From: Candidatus Thorarchaeota archaeon
GTDB lineage: Archaea; Asgardarchaeota; Thorarchaeia; Thorarchaeales; Thorarchaeaceae
Assembly: GCA_020348985.1 (NCBI GenBank)
Contig: CP070761.1
Span: 1,206,448 to 1,252,538 of the forward strand
Length of the DNA: 46,091 bases
Direction: 5' to 3'
Each line of letters opens with the position of its first letter. Within the stretch, counting starts at the first letter, position 1. Position numbers and translations under genes: made by a program. The notes under the pieces are model-generated. The model worked only from the letters and a program-made list of their open reading frames with translations, was not told where the DNA came from and searched no databases. This document shows positions 36,745-46,091 of the stretch, in pieces.

Positions 36745-39700
36745 ATGAAGACACGCGTCTTGCTGCTGACACTTTTGCTCGGGAATCTACTGATCATCCC
36801 GACTCTAGGTGTTGTCCATTCGTCCGGGGTCTCAGCTGTTTACTATGAGAGTGGACCAATGGTTGAATCTAGACTGAGGTTGGAACTCGCGAGCAGGAAG
36901 GTCTCTTTGACTCTATCTTCAGAGCCTAGCACTCGAGCCGTTCTTGAATTCGAGGATGAGCTTACGGTTCTGGAGATACAGGAGATTGAGAGAGAAGGAA
37001 TACAATTCGAGCGGCGTTGGGAGGGAGTCGTACATTCAGGGAGAATCTACAGTGCGAAAGTCAATAGTCTAGAGTCTTTGCAGAAGGTCGGCAGATTGGG
37101 ACTATTACGTGCTACATCAGGATCGAAGAAGTTCTACCCTGCCATTTCAAGTTCAGTTCCGGCCATTGGAGCGACGGATGTTTGGACGAATCTCAGAAAA
37201 GATGGTGACCAGATTGACGGGTCGGGTGTTACCATTGCTGTGATAGACACAGGAGTTGCATGGCTACATCCTTCTTTCTGGCGAGCGAGTACAGGTCCAA
37301 TCACAGTAATCGAGGATGGCGGTGATTATTTCGCAGACCTGAACAATAATTCCATACCCGATTCTAATGAAGGGCCAATCTACACAACTGGTGATGAAGT
37401 CACAAGCGCATCCATCTATACAGACTACTTGTTCATCGATGTGGGAGGAGATCAGAGTTTCGATTTTGATCACGGCGACCGTTGGCTGGGAGGAATCGAT
37501 TCAGATTCTAACAACGAGATTACAATCCCCTCAGAGGAGGTAGTAGTGCTTGGTGAGTCGAAGATATCATATCTGTATGACCAAGAATACAACAGTGTCT
37601 ACGTTAGAGGCGTGAATCTCACCAGTGCACCTTCCGCGAGCGATTATAATGGCCATGGATCCCACATTGCTTCAACTGCTGCAGGAGGACAGTACGGACA
37701 TACTGCAATGGTAGGGGCTGCGCCTGGCGCGGACCTAATAATAATCAAAAGCCCGCTGGAATCCAGTGACGTTCTGGACGGCATCTACTTCGCCGTCGAA
37801 CATGGCGCAGACGTCATCAATATGTCATTCTCAAGTTATCTAGGGTTTCTAGACGGTACCGACCTGGAAGACCTAGCTGTCACCGAAGCTCTCAGAGCAA
37901 GTGGAACCTTGACGACCTTGGCTGCTGGAAACCTTGGAGGCAGAAACAAGCACGCCAGATTCCAAGTGCCAGGTGGCCAGTCATCAGGTGCAACCTTGAC
38001 TGTTCATGCTCCTCCTGATTATTCGTTCCTCAACATCTTGTGGCATAGTTCAGATGATGACGAACATGTTATTCTGAATTCGCCATCTGGATATCCAATT
38101 GACCTCGGAGAAATCGCAACAGTCACCGGCTCGGCATGGGAGCTAGAATTTGACGAGCTGAATGCCTACGCCTTCGCAGATACGAGCTCACGAGGAACCA
38201 ACCGGATAATAGTGCAGGTTTCAACGGACGCCCACAATTGGACCGGCGGAAGCTGGACAGTGACTGTAACGAACCCAAGCGGAGATTCGGTTTGGGTCGA
38301 TGCGTACGCATGGGACAACACGTGGACGGGGTCATCATTACAGTTCACATCCATGACAGATTTGCAGCGTACAATAAGCTCACCCGGAACTGCGGACCTC
38401 GGGATTGTGGCGAGCTCCTATGATGAATCCGGCGATACTATCAGCTCTACTTCAAGTCGAGGACCGCGCATTGATGGGGCCCCACTTTCGATAGTAGCTG
38501 CACCTGGAGTTGGAATAAGCGCTGCGTCTAGAAGCCTTTCGTCATTGTGGTCAACAAGAAGTGGATCGAGTATGGCCGCTCCTCATCTGGCGGGGGTTCT
38601 AGCTCTTATACGCCAGGCGTCAGACAGTGACAATGGATGGAGAGACCTGTCCGCACTAATTCAAGGAGCTGGAGGAAATGATGACCACTTTTCCCCAGTG
38701 GATCCTTCATGGGGATACGGTCTATGCGATGCAGTGTGGTCGGTGCATCACGTTTTGGATTTCTCTTTTGCAGGCGAAATCGGTGCGTGGACGGGCGTGC
38801 CATCAGCATTCCAAGGTGCGTCCAATCTCTCGATTGACGGCTCTGTTGACATCACTGAAGTGAGAATCTATCCGGAGGTGGGGTCCCTCAACATTGCAGT
38901 AGAACTCAGAGCGGATTCGAATTTCAGTACAGATGATGTGCTCAGCGTTCACTGGGATGTTGACAATAATCCAGCCTCAGGAGACGACGGGATTGATATT
39001 CTTGTCAACATATCTAGCAACCAAGCCTCTATCTTTGAATGGGTTGTTGATCACTATCAGTCGTCATCGCTTTCTGTCAATTGGTTGAACAGGTCTAGTC
39101 ATGCATTCCTGAGATTCCAAAGAACTGATTCATCTCAGCTCGGAAGTCTGACTTTGGCAACTCATAACTCCAGTCACAGCAATCTGGATATGACAACTGC
39201 GCTTCCAATTCCCACGCTTTGGAGACCCACAATCAGTGAATTGACCTTGGATGCTCAGGAAGATGAGTTTAACGTCTTGTTGGTCTTGGACGACAAGGAT
39301 ACGCCATCTGGAGACTTGAACATTGACTGGACGGTCGCAGACGGTGCGCTCTCGACACTTGAATCAGAGAGCCAAGACGGCAGCACAGTGAATGTGTCAG
39401 TTGAGTTGTCCAACTACAACATAGATGAAGTTCTCAGTGTCATCTTCAGCATATCAGATGGAAGCAACTGGCTCTACTTGCCACCTGTAGCACTATCTAC
39501 TGGTTCGGGGCTTGAATTTGGAATTCTCAGTGCCCATCTTGACCAGACATCTATTCGCGTGGGACCCTTCATTCAGGAACACCTAACGGGCGAGATCGTG
39601 ATTGCCGGCGCGGATTTCGTAGATGAGGTAGAGCTTGCACTCCTCGCATTCTATGGATCTTGGCTCAACTTCACTCTCATTGGATCAGGAGGTACCTTCA

Positions 39701-39912
39701 CCATCGACATATTACTCGCGGGCGTCTCTCCAGGAGACTACGAGCCATATGCAGTTGCTACTAGCCTACTTGGGACAATGGATGAACGCCAATTACCCAC
39801 TCTCAGTGTGGTTGAGGACTACTCAATGGTCTTTATAATCGGTGGAATCATGCTTGGAGTAATACTCATCATTGGGATTGCATACATCAGAACAAAGAGG
39901 TCAGCGACTTGA
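36745..39912 (+). CDS. Secreted, membrane-anchored S8 subtilase
   Basis: Signal peptide MKTRVLLL. Catalytic VIDTG, HGSH, AAGN and GSSMAAPH. Beta-rich C-terminal domains, then a TM helix and RTKR. Confidence 0.9.
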   Translation: MKTRVLLLTLLLGNLLIIPTLGVVHSSGVSAVYYESGPMVESRLRLELASRKVSLTLSSEPSTRAVLEFEDELTVLEIQEIEREGIQFERRWEGVVHSGRIYSAKVNSLESLQKVGRLGLLRATSGSKKFYPAISSSVPAIGATDVWTNLRKDGDQIDGSGVTIAVIDTGVAWLHPSFWRASTGPITVIEDGGDYFADLNNNSIPDSNEGPIYTTGDEVTSASIYTDYLFIDVGGDQSFDFDHGDRWLGGIDSDSNNEITIPSEEVVVLGESKISYLYDQEYNSVYVRGVNLTSAPSASDYNGHGSHIASTAAGGQYGHTAMVGAAPGADLIIIKSPLESSDVLDGIYFAVEHGADVINMSFSSYLGFLDGTDLEDLAVTEALRASGTLTTLAAGNLGGRNKHARFQVPGGQSSGATLTVHAPPDYSFLNILWHSSDDDEHVILNSPSGYPIDLGEIATVTGSAWELEFDELNAYAFADTSSRGTNRIIVQVSTDAHNWTGGSWTVTVTNPSGDSVWVDAYAWDNTWTGSSLQFTSMTDLQRTISSPGTADLGIVASSYDESGDTISSTSSRGPRIDGAPLSIVAAPGVGISAASRSLSSLWSTRSGSSMAAPHLAGVLALIRQASDSDNGWRDLSALIQGAGGNDDHFSPVDPSWGYGLCDAVWSVHHVLDFSFAGEIGAWTGVPSAFQGASNLSIDGSVDITEVRIYPEVGSLNIAVELRADSNFSTDDVLSVHWDVDNNPASGDDGIDILVNISSNQASIFEWVVDHYQSSSLSVNWLNRSSHAFLRFQRTDSSQLGSLTLATHNSSHSNLDMTTALPIPTLWRPTISELTLDAQEDEFNVLLVLDDKDTPSGDLNIDWTVADGALSTLESESQDGSTVNVSVELSNYNIDEVLSVIFSISDGSNWLYLPPVALSTGSGLEFGILSAHLDQTSIRVGPFIQEHLTGEIVIAGADFVDEVELALLAFYGSWLNFTLIGSGGTFTIDILLAGVSPGDYEPYAVATSLLGTMDERQLPTLSVVEDYSMVFIIGGIMLGVILIIGIAYIRTKRSAT

Positions 39913-41192
39913 AGATAGTAGTTGTCGGCTATGGCCCAGGAGGTGCAAACGCTGCCTTCATGGCCCGCATCTTTGACCCCAATGTAGAGGTCACCATAAT
40001 CACACAGGAGGAAGTCGAGGCACATAGAAAACCAGGCGCTTCGATGGCCCTCGAGTTCCCTGAGTCGTCCGATCTGCTGATTGGTGACTGGTCATACGCC
40101 AAGCTAAAGGAGAGAGGAGTAAACATTCTACCAGGAGTCAAAGTCCTGAGTGGAGACGTTTCAACGAAGGTTCTTGAGATCGAGGATTCTAGAGGCAAGA
40201 AGTCCAAGATCGAATATGACAAGCTTATCTTGGCGACCGGCGGAATACCCTCCGTTCCGGACCTTCCGGGCACTGACCTTGAAGGAGTCTTTACAATATC
40301 GGATATGATTGACGCCAAAAAGATTGGTGAGAAACTCTCAGGATTGAACAAGATCATTATCGTGGGAGCAGGATTCAGCGGACTCGAAACAGCCGAGAGG
40401 TTGATGACCCTAGGGAAAGAAGTCCATATCATCATTCGATCTAGGCTCATGAGACGTCTACTTGAGGAACCGATGTCTCTTGAGCTACAGTCACGCATTC
40501 CAAAAGACATCATCTTGCACATTGGCAGATCCCCAACAGCAGTACTAGGAGACGAACGAGTAACTGGAATTGCACTGGACGGGGATGAAATCGAGGCAGA
40601 TGCGGTCCTCTTCATGACTGGTGTGAGACCGAACAAGAAACTGGCGAAATCACTTGGACTAGAAATCGGATCTCGCGGCGGTGTCAAAGTCAATTCCGTG
40701 ATGCAGACCTCCAACAAGGACATCTATGCGGTCGGAGATTGTGTCGAGCTAATTGACTCAATGACAGGCAAGCCATCTCTACTCCCTATAGGAAGCGCGG
40801 CAGCCCGGGCGGGTATGCAGGCGGGTGTCATAGCCGTCGGTAGAAACCGTCAATACGAGAACATTGGACTCAGGCTTCAGTATGACAGAATCTTCAACAC
40901 CGACATCATCTGTGTTGGTCAGTCTTCTACTACCGCAGCGGATGCGGATATTGAGACCGAGATTCATTACTCCGAAGATCCTGCAGAGTATCTCAAGGTT
41001 GCACTATTGACAACCAAAGACGGGACGTTGATTGGTGGACAAGTCTTGGCGTCCAGAATGGGAGGAAGGGTAGCGTATCAAATCATGGAGAGAGTCCAGT
41101 CTGGCGCTAACCTGAAAGACAGACCGCTTCTTCAGCCAAGACACAAGAGACTAAGAGAGCACCTTGAAGAGATGCTCGGACCTATTCAATAG
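39909..41192 (+). CDS. FAD/NAD(P)H-dependent oxidoreductase (NADH oxidase/CoA-disulfide reductase-like)
   Basis: VVGYGPGG, YDKLILATG, IVGAGFSGLE, TGVRPN, TSNKDIYAVGDC. TTGA start/stop overlap with the upstream subtilase. Confidence 0.88.
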   Translation: MKIVVVGYGPGGANAAFMARIFDPNVEVTIITQEEVEAHRKPGASMALEFPESSDLLIGDWSYAKLKERGVNILPGVKVLSGDVSTKVLEIEDSRGKKSKIEYDKLILATGGIPSVPDLPGTDLEGVFTISDMIDAKKIGEKLSGLNKIIIVGAGFSGLETAERLMTLGKEVHIIIRSRLMRRLLEEPMSLELQSRIPKDIILHIGRSPTAVLGDERVTGIALDGDEIEADAVLFMTGVRPNKKLAKSLGLEIGSRGGVKVNSVMQTSNKDIYAVGDCVELIDSMTGKPSLLPIGSAAARAGMQAGVIAVGRNRQYENIGLRLQYDRIFNTDIICVGQSSTTAADADIETEIHYSEDPAEYLKVALLTTKDGTLIGGQVLASRMGGRVAYQIMERVQSGANLKDRPLLQPRHKRLREHLEEMLGPIQ

Positions 41193-44079
41193 CAGGAGGA
41201 GCTCCACTGGTATCCTCCCATCTGGGTTCCCACTCTCTTTGAGGCCTGCGACCAATGCCGAGTCTTTTGATAGCTACAAAGCCTAGCCCGACTGCAACTA
41301 CTGCTACCAAGGATACCACAACGGTGATGATGAAAGTATCATCAGCAAGATTTACTGGGACAAGAAACGTTCGGGATAATATCTTTGTATTCCCAGAAGT
41401 ATCGCGTGCAGTGAGGACAACATCATAGAAGCCGCCTGAAACCAGTGTGAACTCTGAGACGAACATGTATCCGAGCGATTCAACCGCCGGAGGACTGATG
41501 TTCGTCCCATTCGGAAGAGAGATCTCTATCCCAACTGATTCTAGCGTATCATCAAAGACGTATGCTGTGACATTCGCAATATCACCGATTTTCCCAGTGT
41601 TGAAATCGACTGCAAGAACAGAGGGTCTCTCGGGGATGAGGGCAGCAGCCACATTTCGAAGCAATGCCAGATTGTCTGCACCGTATCTTATTGCGTCGTA
41701 AGTTGTGCTGTCATATAGCGCTGACCCGTCAGATATCGCGATTACCTTCCCTTCACCGAAGTCAACTGTAGCCACAATGGCATGTGTCTTTGCGGAGTCG
41801 GTCCATAGTAGGCCCTGGGCGCCAGCAACGTTTGGATCAACGCTCAACGTACTACCCGCAATTATGAACAGATTTCTTACACCTTCTACAAGTGGATGGT
41901 CCTCAACCGCCCCCCCATAGTCAGCTCCGTAAATGTCGCCGGTTAGATCAGTAGGGAGGCCCCCGATGCCGCGTCTCTCGCATTGGATCCCATATGGTTC
42001 AAGAATCTGATTGTAGCTTTCAAAACCAAATGATGCCACGTCCGTACTGGTGTCGTAGAACTCTGAAAGTATCAGTAGGACACCGCCGTCTTCCACATAG
42101 TCATGAATGGCCTCAATCTCGTCGACAGAATATGCTTCTTCGGTGTCCATCACCATGAAAGCGTCTGAACTCGACAGGGATGCATAGCTAGCAGGGATTG
42201 GTCTGTCCGGACTTCCTAATTCGTCAATAACCATTCTCTGGTCACGAAGATACTCGCGCAAGAACTTGTAGAACGTTGGGTCATCTGGATCATCTGCTGA
42301 ATGGTGAGACATGTCGACGAGAACCGAACCTCCGAAGAAGGTTATCTCGAAGGAGAGGTCCATTCCAGTAATCTCGGTCGTGCCGTCCATCAAAGCAAGT
42401 CTTCCAGTGTACTCTCCAGCGGCTGTAAGGGGCAGCAAGTCAGGTATATCTAGAGTAATCCCGAAATAGGAGTATCCCACGTTTACACGGACACTTCCCG
42501 CGTCAGTTGTGATGAACTGACTTGCGTTGCCACTCATTTCAATCGCCAGTGTTCCTCGGTTGACGGTGGACAATACAGTAACATTCTGTGGATCTCGTTC
42601 ATCTCCCGCCACGAACGCAAGCGGACTTCCAGGAAGTGCTGGAAACCGCATTGGTGCCAGCAAAGTGAAGACACCTGAACTCGATTCGAGTAGTTCTGAA
42701 CTCCTGGTGACATTTGCCAGTCCCCATCCTTGTGCCATTGGATCGTCACCCAGGTCTGTGGCTCCTGCCATGAGCGCCGTCTTAATCTCTAACGGAGAGA
42801 GTCCAGGGTGTTTGTCCATGAGTAGAGCGACCAGCCCCGCAATCTGAGGAGTTGAAGCTGATGTGCCTGACCAAATCGTATAGCTGGTCCCGAACTGGCT
42901 CGAGTTGTAGATGGGAAATTCCTCTGCAAGAATTCCGACAGCTCTTGCCGACATTACCTTGTAGCCAGGCGCAGAAACATCGGGTTTTGCAAACATTCCC
43001 AAAGGAGGAGTGATTAATCTTTGAACTGGACCGCGGCTGCTGAAACCAATCACTCCGGACGCACCTGAAGTGGATGCTATTGTGATTGCCTCCTCTGTTA
43101 CGCCGGGAGAGTTCAATGTGAGAGCAGCAGGACCATCATTACCTGCTGCTATGACGACTGTGATTCCTTCCGCAACCGCAGACTCGCACGCAGCAATTGT
43201 TGGATCAGAAAGGAGTGGAATCTGTATCCAGTCCCCACCGACACTGAGGCTAATAATATCTACACCACTGTCACGTGCATACTCGATTGCTTCCGCCAAG
43301 AGTGTGTTGGCTGCTTCACCTGCGGCATCGAGAGACTTAATGATCAGGAGGTCTGCTCCTGGAGCCATGCCCGTGTACACCCCACTGGAAGCAGCTCCAG
43401 TTCCCGCAACCAACCAAGCCACAGCAGTTCCGTGACCATTGTCATCATAAGCTGCAATCCCATCGCTTGGGTCTAGGTCATCTTGATTACCTATCATGTC
43501 TCGGAAGCCGATGATTCGACCGTCCAAGTCAGGGTGGTCACCATCAGCTCCACTGTCGATGATCGCCACTGTAACTCCGGATCCGTCATAGCCCTGGTCT
43601 CGGAAGTCATCAGCGTCTAGCAAGACATCAGGGTGTGTGTATCCGAGTGCGCCGGGTACTTGTTGGCTTGATAGTACAGTATCCGTGCTGAGTGCTCTGA
43701 CTTTCTGGTCGAGTGATATGCCGACAAGTGAACTAATCTTGAGAGCTTCCTCAATTGCTCCTGCAGTCGCAACTGCAGACACCTTGGGCATGATGTGAAA
43801 GATGTGTCTGATTGAAAGTCCAGGTAGAGATTCCCGTTCCAATTCAGCTTCCATTTCCTCCGATGTGAAGCCCTCGGGAAAGTGCAACACAATCGGTATG
43901 ACTGAATCAGCAGACGACTTCTGAATCTCGGCTGCGAGAGTCGGACCAATAATGGGTCGACCAACAGATGAGCCGGATGATATCGAAGTCGCGAGCAACA
44001 CTGGTGAAGGTGCAATTAGTAGAGTAAGCACTGCAATCACTAGTAGTCTTCTAGGAAATGGAAAGAAGGTCTCTGACAT
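41182..44079 (-). CDS. Membrane-anchored S8 subtilase with Site-1 protease (MBTPS1/SKI-1)-like architecture
   Basis: Signal peptide, prodomain, IIDSG/HGT/AAGNDGP/GTSASTP, Ig-like domain, GATase1/DUF4350-like domain, TM helix and cytoplasmic tail. Confidence 0.85.
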   Translation of the reverse strand: MSETFFPFPRRLLVIAVLTLLIAPSPVLLATSISSGSSVGRPIIGPTLAAEIQKSSADSVIPIVLHFPEGFTSEEMEAELERESLPGLSIRHIFHIMPKVSAVATAGAIEEALKISSLVGISLDQKVRALSTDTVLSSQQVPGALGYTHPDVLLDADDFRDQGYDGSGVTVAIIDSGADGDHPDLDGRIIGFRDMIGNQDDLDPSDGIAAYDDNGHGTAVAWLVAGTGAASSGVYTGMAPGADLLIIKSLDAAGEAANTLLAEAIEYARDSGVDIISLSVGGDWIQIPLLSDPTIAACESAVAEGITVVIAAGNDGPAALTLNSPGVTEEAITIASTSGASGVIGFSSRGPVQRLITPPLGMFAKPDVSAPGYKVMSARAVGILAEEFPIYNSSQFGTSYTIWSGTSASTPQIAGLVALLMDKHPGLSPLEIKTALMAGATDLGDDPMAQGWGLANVTRSSELLESSSGVFTLLAPMRFPALPGSPLAFVAGDERDPQNVTVLSTVNRGTLAIEMSGNASQFITTDAGSVRVNVGYSYFGITLDIPDLLPLTAAGEYTGRLALMDGTTEITGMDLSFEITFFGGSVLVDMSHHSADDPDDPTFYKFLREYLRDQRMVIDELGSPDRPIPASYASLSSSDAFMVMDTEEAYSVDEIEAIHDYVEDGGVLLILSEFYDTSTDVASFGFESYNQILEPYGIQCERRGIGGLPTDLTGDIYGADYGGAVEDHPLVEGVRNLFIIAGSTLSVDPNVAGAQGLLWTDSAKTHAIVATVDFGEGKVIAISDGSALYDSTTYDAIRYGADNLALLRNVAAALIPERPSVLAVDFNTGKIGDIANVTAYVFDDTLESVGIEISLPNGTNISPPAVESLGYMFVSEFTLVSGGFYDVVLTARDTSGNTKILSRTFLVPVNLADDTFIITVVVSLVAVVAVGLGFVAIKRLGIGRRPQREWEPRWEDTSGAPPAIE

Positions 44080-44226
44080 CTTCGAATGTCCGTCCGCCTG
44101 AATTTGCGCGGGTGCAAAGATAAGGATTCTGATGTGTGAAACGTCAAAGATCCGAGAAGAATCGTATAGCTCGGCATTCCCGAGAAATGAGAAGATATCA
44201 CTTCAAACATAAGATAACTTGAGGGC

Positions 44227-44559
44227 GTGAACAGAACGCCCACCTTAGATAAGGAGAGCAAGAAGAAGTTGGGTGATAGACCACAACAATATGAGAGGCG
44301 GCTGCAGGTTAAGCACTTCTTTGATGATAAGCAGACTGGCGCCAAGCGGCGAACGTGGCTAGAGCTGCAGTTCTTGCCGCCTGAGAAGACCACAGAAGGA
44401 TGGGTCAATGATGGCAAGATTAGATTGTCCTTGGGAGAAGACCGGGACATCAAAGGAGCGTTCCTACTTTCGATTGATGAAGCTTGCAGATTGTACAAGG
44501 CCCTGGAAATGATCGTCGAGGACCACGAGGCTGAGAAAGGAAGACTCTGGAGTGAGTAG
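44227..44559 (+). CDS. Small hypothetical protein, possible Whirly/PC4/PUR-like fold
   Basis: Four predicted beta-strands followed by LSIDEACRLYKAL helix. Start may be TTG 44269 after AAGGAG. Confidence 0.6.
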   Translation: MNRTPTLDKESKKKLGDRPQQYERRLQVKHFFDDKQTGAKRRTWLELQFLPPEKTTEGWVNDGKIRLSLGEDRDIKGAFLLSIDEACRLYKALEMIVEDHEAEKGRLWSE

Positions 44560-44621
44560 GGCTTGAGCCCAGAATTGACCCGATCGTAGCGATCGGGCCG
44601 TCCTCGAGTTTCTTTTGAGGA
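44559..44621 (+). terminator. Cluster of three inverted repeats after the 44227 gene
   Basis: GGGCT-TG-AGCCC; CCCGATCG-TAG-CGATCGGG (44579-44597); TCCTCGAG-TTTCT-TTTGAGGA. Confidence 0.35.
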
Positions 44622-44686
44622 TGTCTGCACACCATTTTTAACGCGCCAATCAGACTATGTGACTGTAGATTCGAGGAGGATTTCCT

Positions 44687-45781
44687 TTGGTTATTCCCAC
44701 TACAGAATCTGGAGCCATACCATTGATTGAATTTGAGTTCCCGGGCAGTGATCTAGTTGCAGTAATGCCCTACGTTTTGCCGCTTCTCTTCATTGGAGCA
44801 CTTCTGATCTTGTATCAGAGGTTCATGGATAGAACGGAGAGAAAGAGAAACGCGATTCTAGGTGGCGGGATTGTATGCGTGCTGTTCTCAATTGGATTAA
44901 TCGCCTACGCTGGCTTTGGCTCAGGTTGGTGGAGAGCTGATCAGCAGTCATTTGGATCGTGGTGGGAATTCATGGCAGTCATTCAGTGGCTGACGGATAC
45001 TCTGTTCGACTCTGTCTACGTTGGCACAATCTACGTCTTTGCGATGTTGTTCATAGTGGCGATAATCGGCCGGTCCATAATCGCACCTCCCAATCCTGAC
45101 TTCGTGAAGCTCAACGATGAGCTCAAGGAAGCCAGGTCCGTAGCTGAAGGTGCAGGAGCCAGGATTCAAGAAGCCGAGGTCGAGAACAAGAGGTTGAATG
45201 AGTTCATCTCTGAGAAAGAGTCTGCGTTAGGTGAACTCCAGACTCAAGTAGATTCGCTACAGGAAAGGATAGCCGTCCTCCAGTCTCAGTTGGCAGAACC
45301 CACAGCTGTTCCTACGGACGCCACTAGAGAAGAAGAGCTTCTCACCGTAATCTCGCAGAAAGACCAGACCATCACCTCATTACAGGCAGAGATAGCCACA
45401 CTCAAACAATCAGCAGAGACGGGGGTTGTAGTGTCAGCTGTAGGAGTTTCTGAAGATGTAGCACGTCTACAGAGCCTGATTGCTGAGAAGGACGAAAAGT
45501 TAGACGAGTATGGACGGAGAGCTGAGACGGCGTCAGAGGTTTCAGACAGTGTCATCTCAGACCTAGTGGAGCTCATATCACTTGTGGAAGGAAGCAGTCT
45601 TGAAGTTCCTGCTAAGAAGGCACTAACGGGATTGATCGAGGGACTTGGTCGGGCAATTGGAAGAGTAGCAGGACCCCCAGATCAAAGAACAAAAGAAGAC
45701 CCGAAGATTGAGATGATAGGTGCTGTCATGATGGTTCATGAAATGGTTGACGGCATCAAGAGACTGGCTCGTGGTTCCTAG
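44687..45781 (+). CDS. Membrane protein (about 3 TM) with long cytoplasmic coiled coil
   Basis: Hydrophobic N-terminal third, heptad-rich middle and a helical C-terminal domain; GAGGAGG SD. Confidence 0.75.
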   Translation: MVIPTTESGAIPLIEFEFPGSDLVAVMPYVLPLLFIGALLILYQRFMDRTERKRNAILGGGIVCVLFSIGLIAYAGFGSGWWRADQQSFGSWWEFMAVIQWLTDTLFDSVYVGTIYVFAMLFIVAIIGRSIIAPPNPDFVKLNDELKEARSVAEGAGARIQEAEVENKRLNEFISEKESALGELQTQVDSLQERIAVLQSQLAEPTAVPTDATREEELLTVISQKDQTITSLQAEIATLKQSAETGVVVSAVGVSEDVARLQSLIAEKDEKLDEYGRRAETASEVSDSVISDLVELISLVEGSSLEVPAKKALTGLIEGLGRAIGRVAGPPDQRTKEDPKIEMIGAVMMVHEMVDGIKRLARGS

Positions 45782-46091
45782 AGAGACTATGAATTCCGGA
45801 TTAGCTCTGTCAATTGCTAGACATCGAAGTAACATCTTGCGAACATCTATTCATCTAGCTCTCTGTTGAGTCTATCTCACGACTCTGGAAGCAAAGAACA
45901 CTTAGACGCCACTATCGCTGTAGTCCGCAATACACACTCTTTCGCACGGTCTTGACTCGGAAGCGCTGCTATGAGAGCCCATTGTGGCAGATTCGGTCTT
46001 ATCAATCCAGAATCTCCCGGCCATTTTGACGCAAGCCTTAATAACAATGACTGACCCGAACGATGCTAATCACAAAAGAAGTAGAGAATGC

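Noticed and set aside
39929-40723. 264-aa minus-strand ORF and similar long antisense ORFs (e.g. 44040-44630, 9452-9898)
   Set aside because: They lie antisense to better-supported genes and show Ser/Pro-rich shadow composition.
45782-46091. Possible ncRNA or small ORF at the right end (AGATTC...GAATCT inverted repeat)
   Set aside because: No tRNA, SRP or RNase P motifs were recognised. The minus-strand frames checked gave only short ORFs without motifs. Left unannotated.
1-46091. Mobile elements, CRISPR, defence island, selenoproteins
   Set aside because: No transposase, integrase or cas motifs, no repeat-spacer arrays, and no in-frame TGA at a catalytic Cys position were noticed by eye. 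This was not an exhaustive scan.

Overview
Gene-dense archaeal chromosomal window with about 40 CDS. No rRNA, tRNA, CRISPR array, transposase or integrase was recognised. Gene content points to an Asgard archaeon, plausibly Thorarchaeia (inference): a Rab-like small GTPase, a TPR protein ending in a longin-like domain, a GTPBP1/2-type GTPase and a CTL/SLC44-like membrane protein. Highlights: (i) a membrane-anchored subtilase with the domain order and motifs of eukaryotic Site-1 protease (MBTPS1/SKI-1), inside a proteolytic cluster with TldD/PmbA and a second subtilase; (ii) a putative DNA-repair locus with two SPL-family radical SAM genes, one fused to a PolX 8-kDa HhH-like domain, and a PadR regulator carrying a degenerate methyltransferase fold; (iii) two candidate GTPase/partner pairs. 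Three features are missing from or split in the ORF track: a partial CocE/NonD hydrolase, a frameshifted SWIM-finger gene and a 51-aa membrane microprotein. All family assignments come from motifs recognised by eye; no database searches were run.
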